Shown: positions 17,093-26,029 of the stretch, one piece after another
Layout: every line of letters starts with the position of its first letter
Position numbering within the stretch: the stretch's first letter is position 1
From: Terriglobia bacterium
GTDB lineage: Bacteria; Acidobacteriota; Terriglobia; Terriglobales; Acidobacteriaceae
Direction of reading: 5' to 3'
Length of the DNA stretch: 64,000 nt
Assembly: GCA_021325035.1 (NCBI GenBank)
Contig: JAJPHW010000138.1
Location: forward strand, 6,910 to 70,909
Made by a program: the position numbers and the translations under genes
The notes under the pieces: model-generated
The model's database searches: none
The model's input: the letters and a program-made list of their open reading frames with translations, nothing else
What the model was told of the DNA's origin: nothing

Positions 17093-18661
17093 TTATTGGC
17101 AGTTCCTGAACTTGAACGACGTGATGCGCGTCGCCCAATTCGTTCCGTTCGTCTTGCCATATTCCTGGGTGTACCAGAAGGTGCAGTCGTCAGCGGGATC
17201 CAGGCTCATGCTGCTGTAGTCTCCCCAACGATTGCTGCCCTGTTGGATTCCGGTTCCTTTTACGATCACCGCCGGAGCTTCCATAGTTCCCAGTTTGTCG
17301 GTGGCCAGGCGTCCGGTGTAGGCGATGCTCGGATCAAGCGTGGAACTACTCGCGCTGAAGCCCAACGCCATGTTGCCCATCTTGTCCATGGCGACGCTAC
17401 CCATCCAGATGCTGATGGTTGGGTGTTGCAGAGTTCCCGATTGATAGAGCGAGAACGTTCCACCCGGAGTTGCGCGCAGTTCGTACCAGCGAACGTCCGA
17501 AGCCGCAGTCGAGTTCTTGTTCGGCGCCACCGAATGCGTGACCACCATGGACTCGTGATCGCCAAAGTTGCGATAAGCCAGGCGGTACATCAGGCGGTCG
17601 CCAAGACCATCAAGAAGCGCTCCGCCGCTGGGCTGGGGAATGCAAGATCCGCCGCCGCCACCGCACAGCGTGGTATAGACCGGAACCTTGATCACGTTCG
17701 GGCCGGTGAAGGTGGCGTTGTTGGAATTGGAGAAGTCCACGTGGAACTCGTATTCGTTCAAAGTGCTGGTGTTGTTGCCCAGTTCTACGTAGTGGTTCGG
17801 CTCACCCGCCGGAGGCGGAGTCGCACCATCCAAGTCGGAAGGCATGAAGCTGAAGTTCGCAGCGTTGGGAGTGAAGCACTCCATGGTGGCAGCTTGTCCG
17901 GCCAGCATGGCCGTGCGGTCAAGAGCGCAAGGCTCGCCGTAACCAAAACCGAAGGAGTTCACGGAGAGGTAATAAGCATCCGGCCAAACCGCAAGCTTCG
18001 GATAATCCGGCAGGTTGCCGCCGAAATTGAAGACATAGCGGTTGTAGCTGCCGGTTGCGTCCGAAGTCGTAGAAACTGCGACGCAAACCTGGTTGGTAGT
18101 GGTGTACTCCAACTGCTCCACCAGCCAGCGCTGCGCCAGCTTGTCCCACAGAACAATCGGGTCGCCGCCGTTGTACTGCTGGCATTGGCCGCCAAATCCA
18201 GCCCAGATAACATTGATCCGCGTCGGAGCCAGAATCTGGTTGCCAGATTTGTCATAGACCGCATAGTCAAAGTTGGTGATTTCGACGTACTGCGTCGCGC
18301 CCACGGAACCATTCGTGTCCGGAGGAATCGCGCCGCCTTCGTTCCCATCCACTCCGTCAAAGCTCAAACCTTTCACCGTCGAAACTTCAGAACTGTAAGT
18401 TTCCTGCACCACCGGATCGGCTCCGGGCGTCACGTTAAAAATATGTTTGGGGGAACGATGCTCACGCATTTCCACCTGTCCGGCGGCTGGCTTGGGAGCG
18501 TTCTTGGCCATCTCGCGGAGTGGTTGCGAAACATCGTGTTTAACTTCGCGGGTCACCTGCGCGCCGCGTTGCACTTCCGCGGAAGCTACAGAACCCAACA
18601 AAATACAGGCCGCTGCGAGGCCCGTGAACATCCTCATGCCGGAACTCTCTTTCATTAGCAT
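17093..18661 (-). CDS. Secreted hypothetical protein (propeller-like, family not recognised)
   Basis: 522-aa ORF with a signal peptide (MRMFTGLAAACILLGSVASA). Motifs seen: PPDTNGSVGATQYVE and RWGDYSSMSLDP. The 520-aa + strand ORF is its antisense mirror. Confidence 0.7.
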   Translation of the reverse strand: MLMKESSGMRMFTGLAAACILLGSVASAEVQRGAQVTREVKHDVSQPLREMAKNAPKPAAGQVEMREHRSPKHIFNVTPGADPVVQETYSSEVSTVKGLSFDGVDGNEGGAIPPDTNGSVGATQYVEITNFDYAVYDKSGNQILAPTRINVIWAGFGGQCQQYNGGDPIVLWDKLAQRWLVEQLEYTTTNQVCVAVSTTSDATGSYNRYVFNFGGNLPDYPKLAVWPDAYYLSVNSFGFGYGEPCALDRTAMLAGQAATMECFTPNAANFSFMPSDLDGATPPPAGEPNHYVELGNNTSTLNEYEFHVDFSNSNNATFTGPNVIKVPVYTTLCGGGGGSCIPQPSGGALLDGLGDRLMYRLAYRNFGDHESMVVTHSVAPNKNSTAASDVRWYELRATPGGTFSLYQSGTLQHPTISIWMGSVAMDKMGNMALGFSASSSTLDPSIAYTGRLATDKLGTMEAPAVIVKGTGIQQGSNRWGDYSSMSLDPADDCTFWYTQEYGKTNGTNWATRITSFKFRNCQ

Positions 18662-18819
18662 CCTCCTGGGATGGGAAAGGAAAACAATTTTTTTATGGGA
18701 TCACGATTATGCAAACGAACGGCTTAAGCTTGCAGGAAAGCGACTACACTGCATAGTTAATAAACTTATTCACTGTAGTTGTCTAGAGTCTTTCTTCTCA
18801 TAGCGGCGGGTTTTCCGGT

Positions 18820-19584
18820 TTACGGCTCAGGTACGAAGCGATATCCCACGCCACGGACGGTGAGCAAATAGCGCGGGTGCGCCGGATCATCCTCAAGATA
18901 ACGGCGCAGCCGGACGACGAAGTTGTCAATGGCGCGCGTGTCTGTGTCTTCGTGCAGTCCCCATACTTCTTCCAAAATTGATTTGCGCGATACGACACGC
19001 CCTTGATTGACAATCAAATGACGCAGAAATTCGGCTTCCATCAAAGTGAGATGGATGACGTTCTCTTTGACCCGCAATTCCAGCTTGCCGAAATCAATGG
19101 TGCGCCCGCCAAAGGTAAATACGCCGTACTCCGCGACTTTTGCGGTGGGATTCTGTTCGTTTTCTGTGGAAGTGTTTTCGCGGCTCTGCTGCATCCATTC
19201 GCTGCGGCGCAGCAACCCTTGCAGGCGGGCTAACAAAATCGCCAACTCGAATGGTTTCGGTAAATAATCGTCCGCGCCGGAAGCGAAGCCTTTCAGCACA
19301 TCTTCGGGGCGGCCCCGCGCGGTCAACATCAGGATGGGAACAAATTTTTTAGCGGCGCGAAGCTCGGCGGCAACTGCGAATCCATCTTTGCCGGGAAGCA
19401 TAACGTCGAGAACGACCGCGTCAAATTCCTTAGGCGCTTTGTCGCCGTTTTTCGGTTTCAGCAACAACTCCAGCGCGCTTTCGCCATCACCGACCACAAC
19501 GACGTTGTGTCCTTCGGCTTCGAGATTAAACCGAAGTCCCTGCGCGATATGCGCTTCATCTTCGACGATAAGAACGCGGCTCAT
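18820..19584 (-). CDS. OmpR-family response regulator (REC + winged helix)
   Basis: 254-aa ORF with VLIVEDE, the phospho-acceptor region AVVLDVMLPGKDG, DDYLPKPF and a C-terminal LTVRGVGYRF winged helix. Confidence 0.9.
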   Translation of the reverse strand: MSRVLIVEDEAHIAQGLRFNLEAEGHNVVVVGDGESALELLLKPKNGDKAPKEFDAVVLDVMLPGKDGFAVAAELRAAKKFVPILMLTARGRPEDVLKGFASGADDYLPKPFELAILLARLQGLLRRSEWMQQSRENTSTENEQNPTAKVAEYGVFTFGGRTIDFGKLELRVKENVIHLTLMEAEFLRHLIVNQGRVVSRKSILEEVWGLHEDTDTRAIDNFVVRLRRYLEDDPAHPRYLLTVRGVGYRFVPEP

Positions 19585-19598
19585 ACTTATATTTGTAC

Positions 19599-20519
19599 TT
19601 ACGAAGGCCGCACCGGAGAGAGCCTTCGCGGCAAATCCATCACCACCGTCGTTCCCTGCCCCACGCCCGGACTCTGCGCGAACACGCTCCCGCCATGCTT
19701 CTTGGCAATCGAACGCACGATAAACAACCCCAACCCGGTGCCTTTCACCTGCCCCAGAGCGCGGCTGGGAACGCGATAGAAACGCTTAAAAATTCGTTTG
19801 AGTTCGTTCGCGGGAATGCCCACGCCGTGATCGCGCACGCTCAAAATCACTCGCTTGGTGTCGGGCGTATCCACACGCACGGCCACATCAATATTTTCAC
19901 CCGAATATTTGATCGCATTCTCAATCATGTTGGTAACGGCCGTGCGCAACTCTTCTCCATCGCCGAGCACGCCCGCGCCTTCACTGTTGCTCGACAACTG
20001 AAATTGCAAATGCTCTTCCGATAAATGATGGCGTGTGCGGGCCATTTCCACACACTCGCGCACCAGCCCGCCAAAATCCAGCAGCACGCGCTCTGGCGGC
20101 GTTTTCTTGTGGATAGCCTCGCCCGCCTTCAGCACCTGCTCCACCGTTTTCAGCAAACGGTCCGAATCGTCGAGCATGAGCCGGTAAAACTCTTTGCGCT
20201 TGGCTTCCTCCACTTCGCGGCTTTGCAGGGTTTGGAGATAAAGGCGAATCGAAGCAATCGGCGTCTTCAGTTCGTGGGTGACGGCGTTGATAAAGCTGTC
20301 GTGCTGCTCATTGCGTTTGATTTCGCGGACGAGAAAAATTGTATTGAGAATCAGCCCGGCGGAAATGGCCCCGAAAAAGATGATGCCGAGAAAAACTTTA
20401 ATGCCTTCGCGCCAGTTGAAAATGATCCAGCCAAAACCGACGGCCACCGCGATGGAAGCGAGCGTCACCCCCAGGACGAGAAAGGTGATCGTCGCCTTGC
20501 GGCGGCTGGAAATGCGCAT
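19599..20519 (-). CDS. Sensor histidine kinase (two TM helices, HisKA + HATPase_c, no obvious sensor domain)
   Basis: 306-aa ORF with H-box THELKTPIASI, N-box NMIENAIKYS and a G-box GTGLGLFIV. It ends 14 nt upstream of the response regulator. Confidence 0.9.
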   Translation of the reverse strand: MRISSRRKATITFLVLGVTLASIAVAVGFGWIIFNWREGIKVFLGIIFFGAISAGLILNTIFLVREIKRNEQHDSFINAVTHELKTPIASIRLYLQTLQSREVEEAKRKEFYRLMLDDSDRLLKTVEQVLKAGEAIHKKTPPERVLLDFGGLVRECVEMARTRHHLSEEHLQFQLSSNSEGAGVLGDGEELRTAVTNMIENAIKYSGENIDVAVRVDTPDTKRVILSVRDHGVGIPANELKRIFKRFYRVPSRALGQVKGTGLGLFIVRSIAKKHGGSVFAQSPGVGQGTTVVMDLPRRLSPVRPS

Positions 20520-20539
20520 GGAGTGATTCTAACTGGGTG

Positions 20540-20575
20540 CCCCACCCTTGTCGCGTCTCTTGCGACAGGGTGGGG
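20540..20575. repeat. REP-like palindrome (CCCACCC...GGGTGGG family), copy 1
   Basis: CCCCACCCTTGTCGC-loop-GCGACAGGGTGGGG (14 bp plus one bulge). It lies in the divergent HK/GloVer intergenic region. Confidence 0.6.
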
Positions 20576-20621
20576 ATTTCAGTCATTCTTTCTCATTGAG
20601 AAGTGTCATCTGGAGCATGGT

Positions 20622-20654
20622 TGCCCACCCTTCGCGGGGTTCGAAGGGTGGGCA
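20622..20654. repeat. REP-like palindrome (CCCACCC...GGGTGGG family), copy 2
   Basis: TGCCCACCCTTCG-CGGGGTT-CGAAGGGTGGGCA, a perfect 13-bp stem. Confidence 0.6.
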
Positions 20655-20803
20655 CGATGCTTCGACTGCGTGCGATGTTTCCCACTATTTTATGCGGCAC
20701 GCCGAACGCGCAGCACCTAACTAAACTGGAGACTTTCGGCTTCTGGCAATGCATTCCCATGAGTTATATATTTATGTGGTTTTTCGCAGTGCAGGAGTTG
20801 CCA

Positions 20804-22135
20804 ATGAACCGCTATCTTCAATTTATTGCCGCCACCTTTGTGATCGCCTACTCAACCGCTGCCTTGGCGCAGCACTATAAAGTTCTCTACAACTTTAAAG
20901 GGCCAAAAGCTAGTGACGGGGCGTATCCGATTGCCACCCTGATCCGTGATTCCGCTGGAAACCTTTACGGAACGACAGTCGCCGGCGGTACACACGATTG
21001 CGGACCTTATGGGGGATGCGGCACTGTTTTCGAGTTATCTCCTAATAGCGATGGCACATGGAACGAGAGCGTTCTTTACAGCTTTTGCGAAAATCGCGTG
21101 GGCAGCCAATGCTACGACGGACAGATGCCAGAAAGCGCGCTGATCCTTGACGCTGCGGGAAATTTGTTTGGCACGACGATCTATGGCGGCACGACTTCAT
21201 GTCCCACCAATAAGACGGGTTGTGGAATTGTGTTTGAGTTGTCGCCTCCCTCTGCTCCAGGCGGGGCCTGGATGCAAACGGTGCTTTACAGTTTCTGTGA
21301 ACAATTGGCAAACGGCATTTGCCTCGATGGCTCATTTCCGTCGCAAGGCTCGCTAACGACCGATGGTCTTGGCAATCTATACGGGACAACACTCAGTGGT
21401 GGTATGGGGGCTACATCGCTCATTGCCGGAGGAGTGGTGTTTGAACTAACTCCGAGCGCAGACAATTGGATGGAAAGTATTTTGTATAACTTCTGCGTGG
21501 GTGGCAGCGATCAAATCTGTCCAGATGGTAACATGCCTGCATCGGGAGTAACTTTCGACGCAGCCGGCAACCTCTACGGAACAACCGTTTGGGGTGGATT
21601 TCCACGAATACAAGGCGAAGGCACGGTGTATGAACTTTCACCAAACTCGGGTACATGGGGTGAAAAAGTGCTATATGCTCTCCGAGGTTCATACCGTACA
21701 CCTGGGGGAGACGTCAGTTTCGACTCTGCGGGAAATTTGTACGCTCCCATTGGAGAAGGGGGCCCATTGGGTAACTTCGGTGCAATTCTAAAGCTAAGCG
21801 CCCAAGGTGGTGGATCAGCTAGTTTTTACAGTTTTGCTGGTATAAATGGGGGAGGACCGGCTTCTGGCGTTTTATTAGATCCGAATACAAATTCTATTTA
21901 TGGAACTACTGTCTTCGGCGGAACCACGAATTTAGGTGTGCTATATCGCATCGGATCCAGCGGCAAGATATCTGCACTTCATTCGTTTTGTCAGCGTGCA
22001 AATTGTGTCGACGGCGAACTTCCAGTTGGAGGTCTCACACCTGACGGGCTGGGAAATGTATTTGGAACGACACAGCGCGGCGGCAAAACCACGAATGGCG
22101 CATCCTATGGCACTGTTTACGAAGTTTCGCCCTAA
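20804..22135 (+). CDS. Secreted Gloeo_Verruco (GloVer) repeat protein
   Basis: ATG at 20804 lies 6 nt after AGGAG, followed by a signal peptide (MNRYLQFIAATFVIAYSTAALA). Repeats of G.LYGTT..GG.....G.VFEL.P......W.E.VLYSF are present (TIGR03803-like). The longer ORF from 20603 only translates the REP palindromes. Confidence 0.8.
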   Translation: MNRYLQFIAATFVIAYSTAALAQHYKVLYNFKGPKASDGAYPIATLIRDSAGNLYGTTVAGGTHDCGPYGGCGTVFELSPNSDGTWNESVLYSFCENRVGSQCYDGQMPESALILDAAGNLFGTTIYGGTTSCPTNKTGCGIVFELSPPSAPGGAWMQTVLYSFCEQLANGICLDGSFPSQGSLTTDGLGNLYGTTLSGGMGATSLIAGGVVFELTPSADNWMESILYNFCVGGSDQICPDGNMPASGVTFDAAGNLYGTTVWGGFPRIQGEGTVYELSPNSGTWGEKVLYALRGSYRTPGGDVSFDSAGNLYAPIGEGGPLGNFGAILKLSAQGGGSASFYSFAGINGGGPASGVLLDPNTNSIYGTTVFGGTTNLGVLYRIGSSGKISALHSFCQRANCVDGELPVGGLTPDGLGNVFGTTQRGGKTTNGASYGTVYEVSP

Positions 22136-22142
22136 AAGTGAA

Positions 22143-22174
22143 CCCACCCTTTCGCAAAAGCCCGAAAGAGTGGG
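22143..22174. repeat. REP-like palindrome (CCCACCC...GGGTGGG family), copy 3
   Basis: CCCACCCTTTCG-loop-CGAAAGAGTGGG (12 bp, one mismatch). It lies between convergent genes. Confidence 0.55.
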
Positions 22175-22201
22175 ACATCCATCTGAATTATTTAGTGAAC
22201 T

Positions 22202-23143
<942 letters not shown>

Positions 23144-23388
23144 GGCTTTCTGTCCCCTGAACTGGTGGTATATCACCAACATAGCAGCGGATAAGAAAAC
23201 CGATTGTAAGACTTGTGTAATAGAGGGATTACCTGAGTAACAGGTACGTAGAAAATAGTCCGCGAAATTCAAATCGGAAAATCGCCCCAATTTGCAAGAT
23301 TCAGCGCAAGGGATGAAACGAAACTTTGCGCTCGATCACTATTGGGCAAGAGTCCGGTAATCAAGCCGGATGTAATCAAGGAGGAAGT

Positions 23389-23646
23389 ATGGCGTACAAC
23401 GTACCTTTTTGGGCGTTCATTCCAGCCGGCGCACAGAACTTTGGAATCGGCTTTTGGTTCAACAACGGCACCTCGGATGAAGGGGCGCAGTTTGCACAAG
23501 GCTCTCCACAAGACAATGGCGGCGTTCTGGTCACCAACAACCAGGGCAAGTCACTGGATTTGCAAGGCCGGGTGGGTTATTCCATCACAGTTTCGAACTT
23601 CGGCTCAGACACGTGGATGGAATTGGAAGGCGGCGGTCTGTCCTAA
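23389..23646 (+). CDS. Small hypothetical protein (85 aa)
   Basis: ATG preceded by a strong AAGGAGGAAGT Shine-Dalgarno. Sequence MAYNVPFWAFIPAGAQNFGIGFWFNNG...; beta-rich, no signal peptide, no family recognised. Confidence 0.55.
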   Translation: MAYNVPFWAFIPAGAQNFGIGFWFNNGTSDEGAQFAQGSPQDNGGVLVTNNQGKSLDLQGRVGYSITVSNFGSDTWMELEGGGLS

Positions 23647-23704
23647 GGGATTGGCCTTCCACAATCTCAACAACAAACGGGCCTTATGGCCGGAGGATTC
23701 GAAA

Positions 23705-23908
23705 ATGGCAAAGCTAAATGTAATTACCGATGCGAATGGCAAGTTGGTGGGTGCAGTACGCGCTGATTCGTTCAAGACCAGCGACGGAAAAACCCTGGAA
23801 TTTCGTCCGCATCCGCAACACAAACACCGCGTCATGGATGTGGACGACAAGCTGATCAAAGGCCCTGCATCAGAGCTGGGCAACTACCTTCGCGCCCAAG
23901 TGAAATAA
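23705..23908 (+). CDS. Small hypothetical protein (67 aa)
   Basis: ATG preceded by GGAGGATTCGAAA. Sequence MAKLNVITDANGKLVGAVRADSFKTSDGKTLEFRPHPQHKHRVMDVDDK.... No family recognised. Confidence 0.5.
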   Translation: MAKLNVITDANGKLVGAVRADSFKTSDGKTLEFRPHPQHKHRVMDVDDKLIKGPASELGNYLRAQVK

Positions 23909-23920
23909 ATTGGCGCTTTT

Positions 23921-23968
23921 CGGAGCGGGTGAGGTACCGGCAAAGCATCCGCTCCGGCTTTTAATTTT
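23921..23968 (+). terminator. Putative terminator after the small-gene pair
   Basis: CGGAGCGG...CCGCTCCG (8-bp stem, 20-nt loop) followed by GCTTTTAATTTT. Confidence 0.45.
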
Positions 23969-23974
23969 GCGGGC

Positions 23975-24352
23975 TTACCCCTCTGTTAGCGCTTTATATT
24001 GCTGCTTGGTCAGCGGGACGACGCTCAATCGGCCTATACGCACCAAGGGCGAATCGGCAAAGAGTTTATTCGCTTTGATTTCGGCCAGAGTTACAGGTTT
24101 TATCGGGCCGCCCACCTGAATTTTTACCAGCGGAACTTTGGGGTCTTTATCGTCCACGGAAACCACAGTCGCGGTGCCGACCGCGCTCTTCTCGTCGCCA
24201 GTGTGGTAAATAATCAGGTGATCACCGGGCTTCATCTCACGAAGATGCCTTACTGCGACGGGATTGGTCACGCCATCCCAAATGGTGGTTTTGTCTTTTT
24301 GTAAATTCGCGAAGGAATAAACGGTCGGTTCGGTTTTGAGTAGGTAGTCCAT
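23975..24352 (-). CDS. EVE (PUA-like) domain protein
   Basis: 125-aa ORF: MDYLLKTEP..YSFANL......WDGV.N..A...LR.MK.GD....YH, the typical EVE/DUF55 pattern. Confidence 0.8.
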   Translation of the reverse strand: MDYLLKTEPTVYSFANLQKDKTTIWDGVTNPVAVRHLREMKPGDHLIIYHTGDEKSAVGTATVVSVDDKDPKVPLVKIQVGGPIKPVTLAEIKANKLFADSPLVRIGRLSVVPLTKQQYKALTEG

Positions 24353-24376
24353 AAAATTCCTCTTAATTCGTCATGT

Positions 24377-24751
24377 TCAATCGTGATGGAAGTGGAAGAG
24401 ATTGCCGTCTAAATCCTGCACGGTAAATTGCCGCAATCCCCAGGGCTTCTTTTGCAGGGGATCGACGATGTTCGCGCCCGAGGACTTTAGTTCTTCGTAG
24501 GAGGCATCGATGTCTTCGGCGTACACCCAGTGAACCGCGGCTTCGAAGGGCGGTGTCTTTTTACGAAAGAAGATTGGGCCCATATCGCGGCGTGAAACCG
24601 ACCCAATCTCATTGCCGGGGTAAAGCCATCCAATCTCAAAGCCGAGCGTGGCTTTGTAGTACTGTTGCGCGCGCTCGAGATCGCGAACCGGCAACTCGGG
24701 GACGGGCTTGCCGAGCGAAGCCACTTTCTCTTTTATGTTCATGACGCTCAT
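24377..24751 (-). CDS. VOC family protein (glyoxalase/bleomycin-resistance fold)
   Basis: 124-aa ORF with YYKATLGFEI and the C-terminal WGLRQFTVQDLDGNLFHF pattern. Confidence 0.8.
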   Translation of the reverse strand: MSVMNIKEKVASLGKPVPELPVRDLERAQQYYKATLGFEIGWLYPGNEIGSVSRRDMGPIFFRKKTPPFEAAVHWVYAEDIDASYEELKSSGANIVDPLQKKPWGLRQFTVQDLDGNLFHFHHD

Positions 24752-24779
24752 AGCAACCTCGTTGTTTTCAAATTTGCGA

Positions 24780-25658
24780 TCATGCTGCGCCTTTTACTTC
24801 CACGCCGGCCCATTTTTCGAGGAGGGTCAGGGTTGCGGCGTAATCGAGATCTCCTTGGCCATCCTCGGCGGCGATTTCGTAAATCTCTTCGACAGTTTCG
24901 AGTCCCGGCAGCTTCACGCGCATTTCCTTCGCAGCTTCGAGCGCCAGGCGCAAGTCTTTATACATCAGTCGCAAAGGAAAATTGGGGGTAAAGTCGCGCT
25001 TGAGGATGAACGGGGCTTTATATTCGACAACGCCCGATTTCACCATGGAGGCATTGATGAGCGGCAGCAAAGTTTCGGCGTCCACGCCAAGTTTTGCGCC
25101 GAGAGTGAGGGCTTCGGCAAAGCCTTCGTAAATCATGGCAATTTGCAGGTTCATCACCAGCTTGGCGGCGTGGCCTTTGCTGGTCTCCCCCATGCGGAAG
25201 ATCTTTTTGCCCATCGCAGCGAAGAGCGGTTTGAGCGAATCAATCACAGCCTCGTCGCCGCCGACCATGAAGATCAGCGTTCCGCCTTCGGCGGCTACTT
25301 TTGAGCCCGTGACAGGAGCGTCCACATAACGAACACCTTGCGGCCGGAGGCGGTCAGCAAATTTCTGCGTGGCAGAGGGAGCGATAGTGCTGGAGTCCAC
25401 GACGGTCATGCCGGAAGCCAGAGATTCAGCCACTCCCTGCGCCCCAAAGAGAACGTTTTCAACGGCTTTGGTGTCGGAGACGCAAATCCATACGACTTCC
25501 GAGCCTTTAGCGGCCTCGGCCGGCGAAGCGGCGGTGCGCGCACCTTCGACCTCTTTGCCCGGAGTGCGGTTCCAAACCGTGACTTCGTGACCGGCCTTGG
25601 CCAGATTTGCCGCCATCGGCCGTCCCATGATGCCTAACCCCAGAAATGCGACTTTCAT
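24780..25658 (-). CDS. NAD(P)-dependent beta-hydroxyacid dehydrogenase (3-hydroxyisobutyrate dehydrogenase family)
   Basis: 292-aa ORF with the Rossmann motif KVAFLGLGIMGRPMAANL, DAPVTGS and the catalytic-Lys region ETSKGHAAKLVMN. Confidence 0.85.
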   Translation of the reverse strand: MKVAFLGLGIMGRPMAANLAKAGHEVTVWNRTPGKEVEGARTAASPAEAAKGSEVVWICVSDTKAVENVLFGAQGVAESLASGMTVVDSSTIAPSATQKFADRLRPQGVRYVDAPVTGSKVAAEGGTLIFMVGGDEAVIDSLKPLFAAMGKKIFRMGETSKGHAAKLVMNLQIAMIYEGFAEALTLGAKLGVDAETLLPLINASMVKSGVVEYKAPFILKRDFTPNFPLRLMYKDLRLALEAAKEMRVKLPGLETVEEIYEIAAEDGQGDLDYAATLTLLEKWAGVEVKGAA

Positions 25659-26029
25659 CGTGTATTCCTCCGTTAAAGCCTCTCTGGATTTTATACAACG
25701 ACGAAAAGAATTGCGTCTGGATGGAGATGACCAGGCAAAAGCTCTGGATGTTTATGAAATTAAACAGATTAGTGTGTTCTGCAAATATACGTACATTTTT
25801 GTACATATAAAAGAGTAAAATTTACATAGCCGACAATCGCATTTAAATGCGTTTTAACGCGATAGAGATTCCCCGCAGGGGTCAGATGGTCCGCGGCCTG
25901 ATCGTCGATCCTGGGGCAATCTAGGGCCACTACGTAGGGGTTTTAAACGTCAATGGAAACGAGGCTGGCAGGCCCGAGGATTCCCATTTTGGGAAGAACG
26001 GAGCGGGCGCGAGCACCCGCTCCTGAAAT

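Noticed and set aside
17096-18658. 520-aa ORF on the + strand spanning the whole 17093..18661 locus
   Set aside because: It is the antisense mirror of the - strand gene. It is Arg/Ala/His-rich with no signal peptide, Shine-Dalgarno or motif. The - strand product has a signal peptide and normal composition.
20603-20803. N-terminal extension of the GloVer gene (track ORF starts at 20603)
   Set aside because: The extension merely translates the two REP-like palindromes. A good Shine-Dalgarno plus ATG and a signal peptide begin at 20804.
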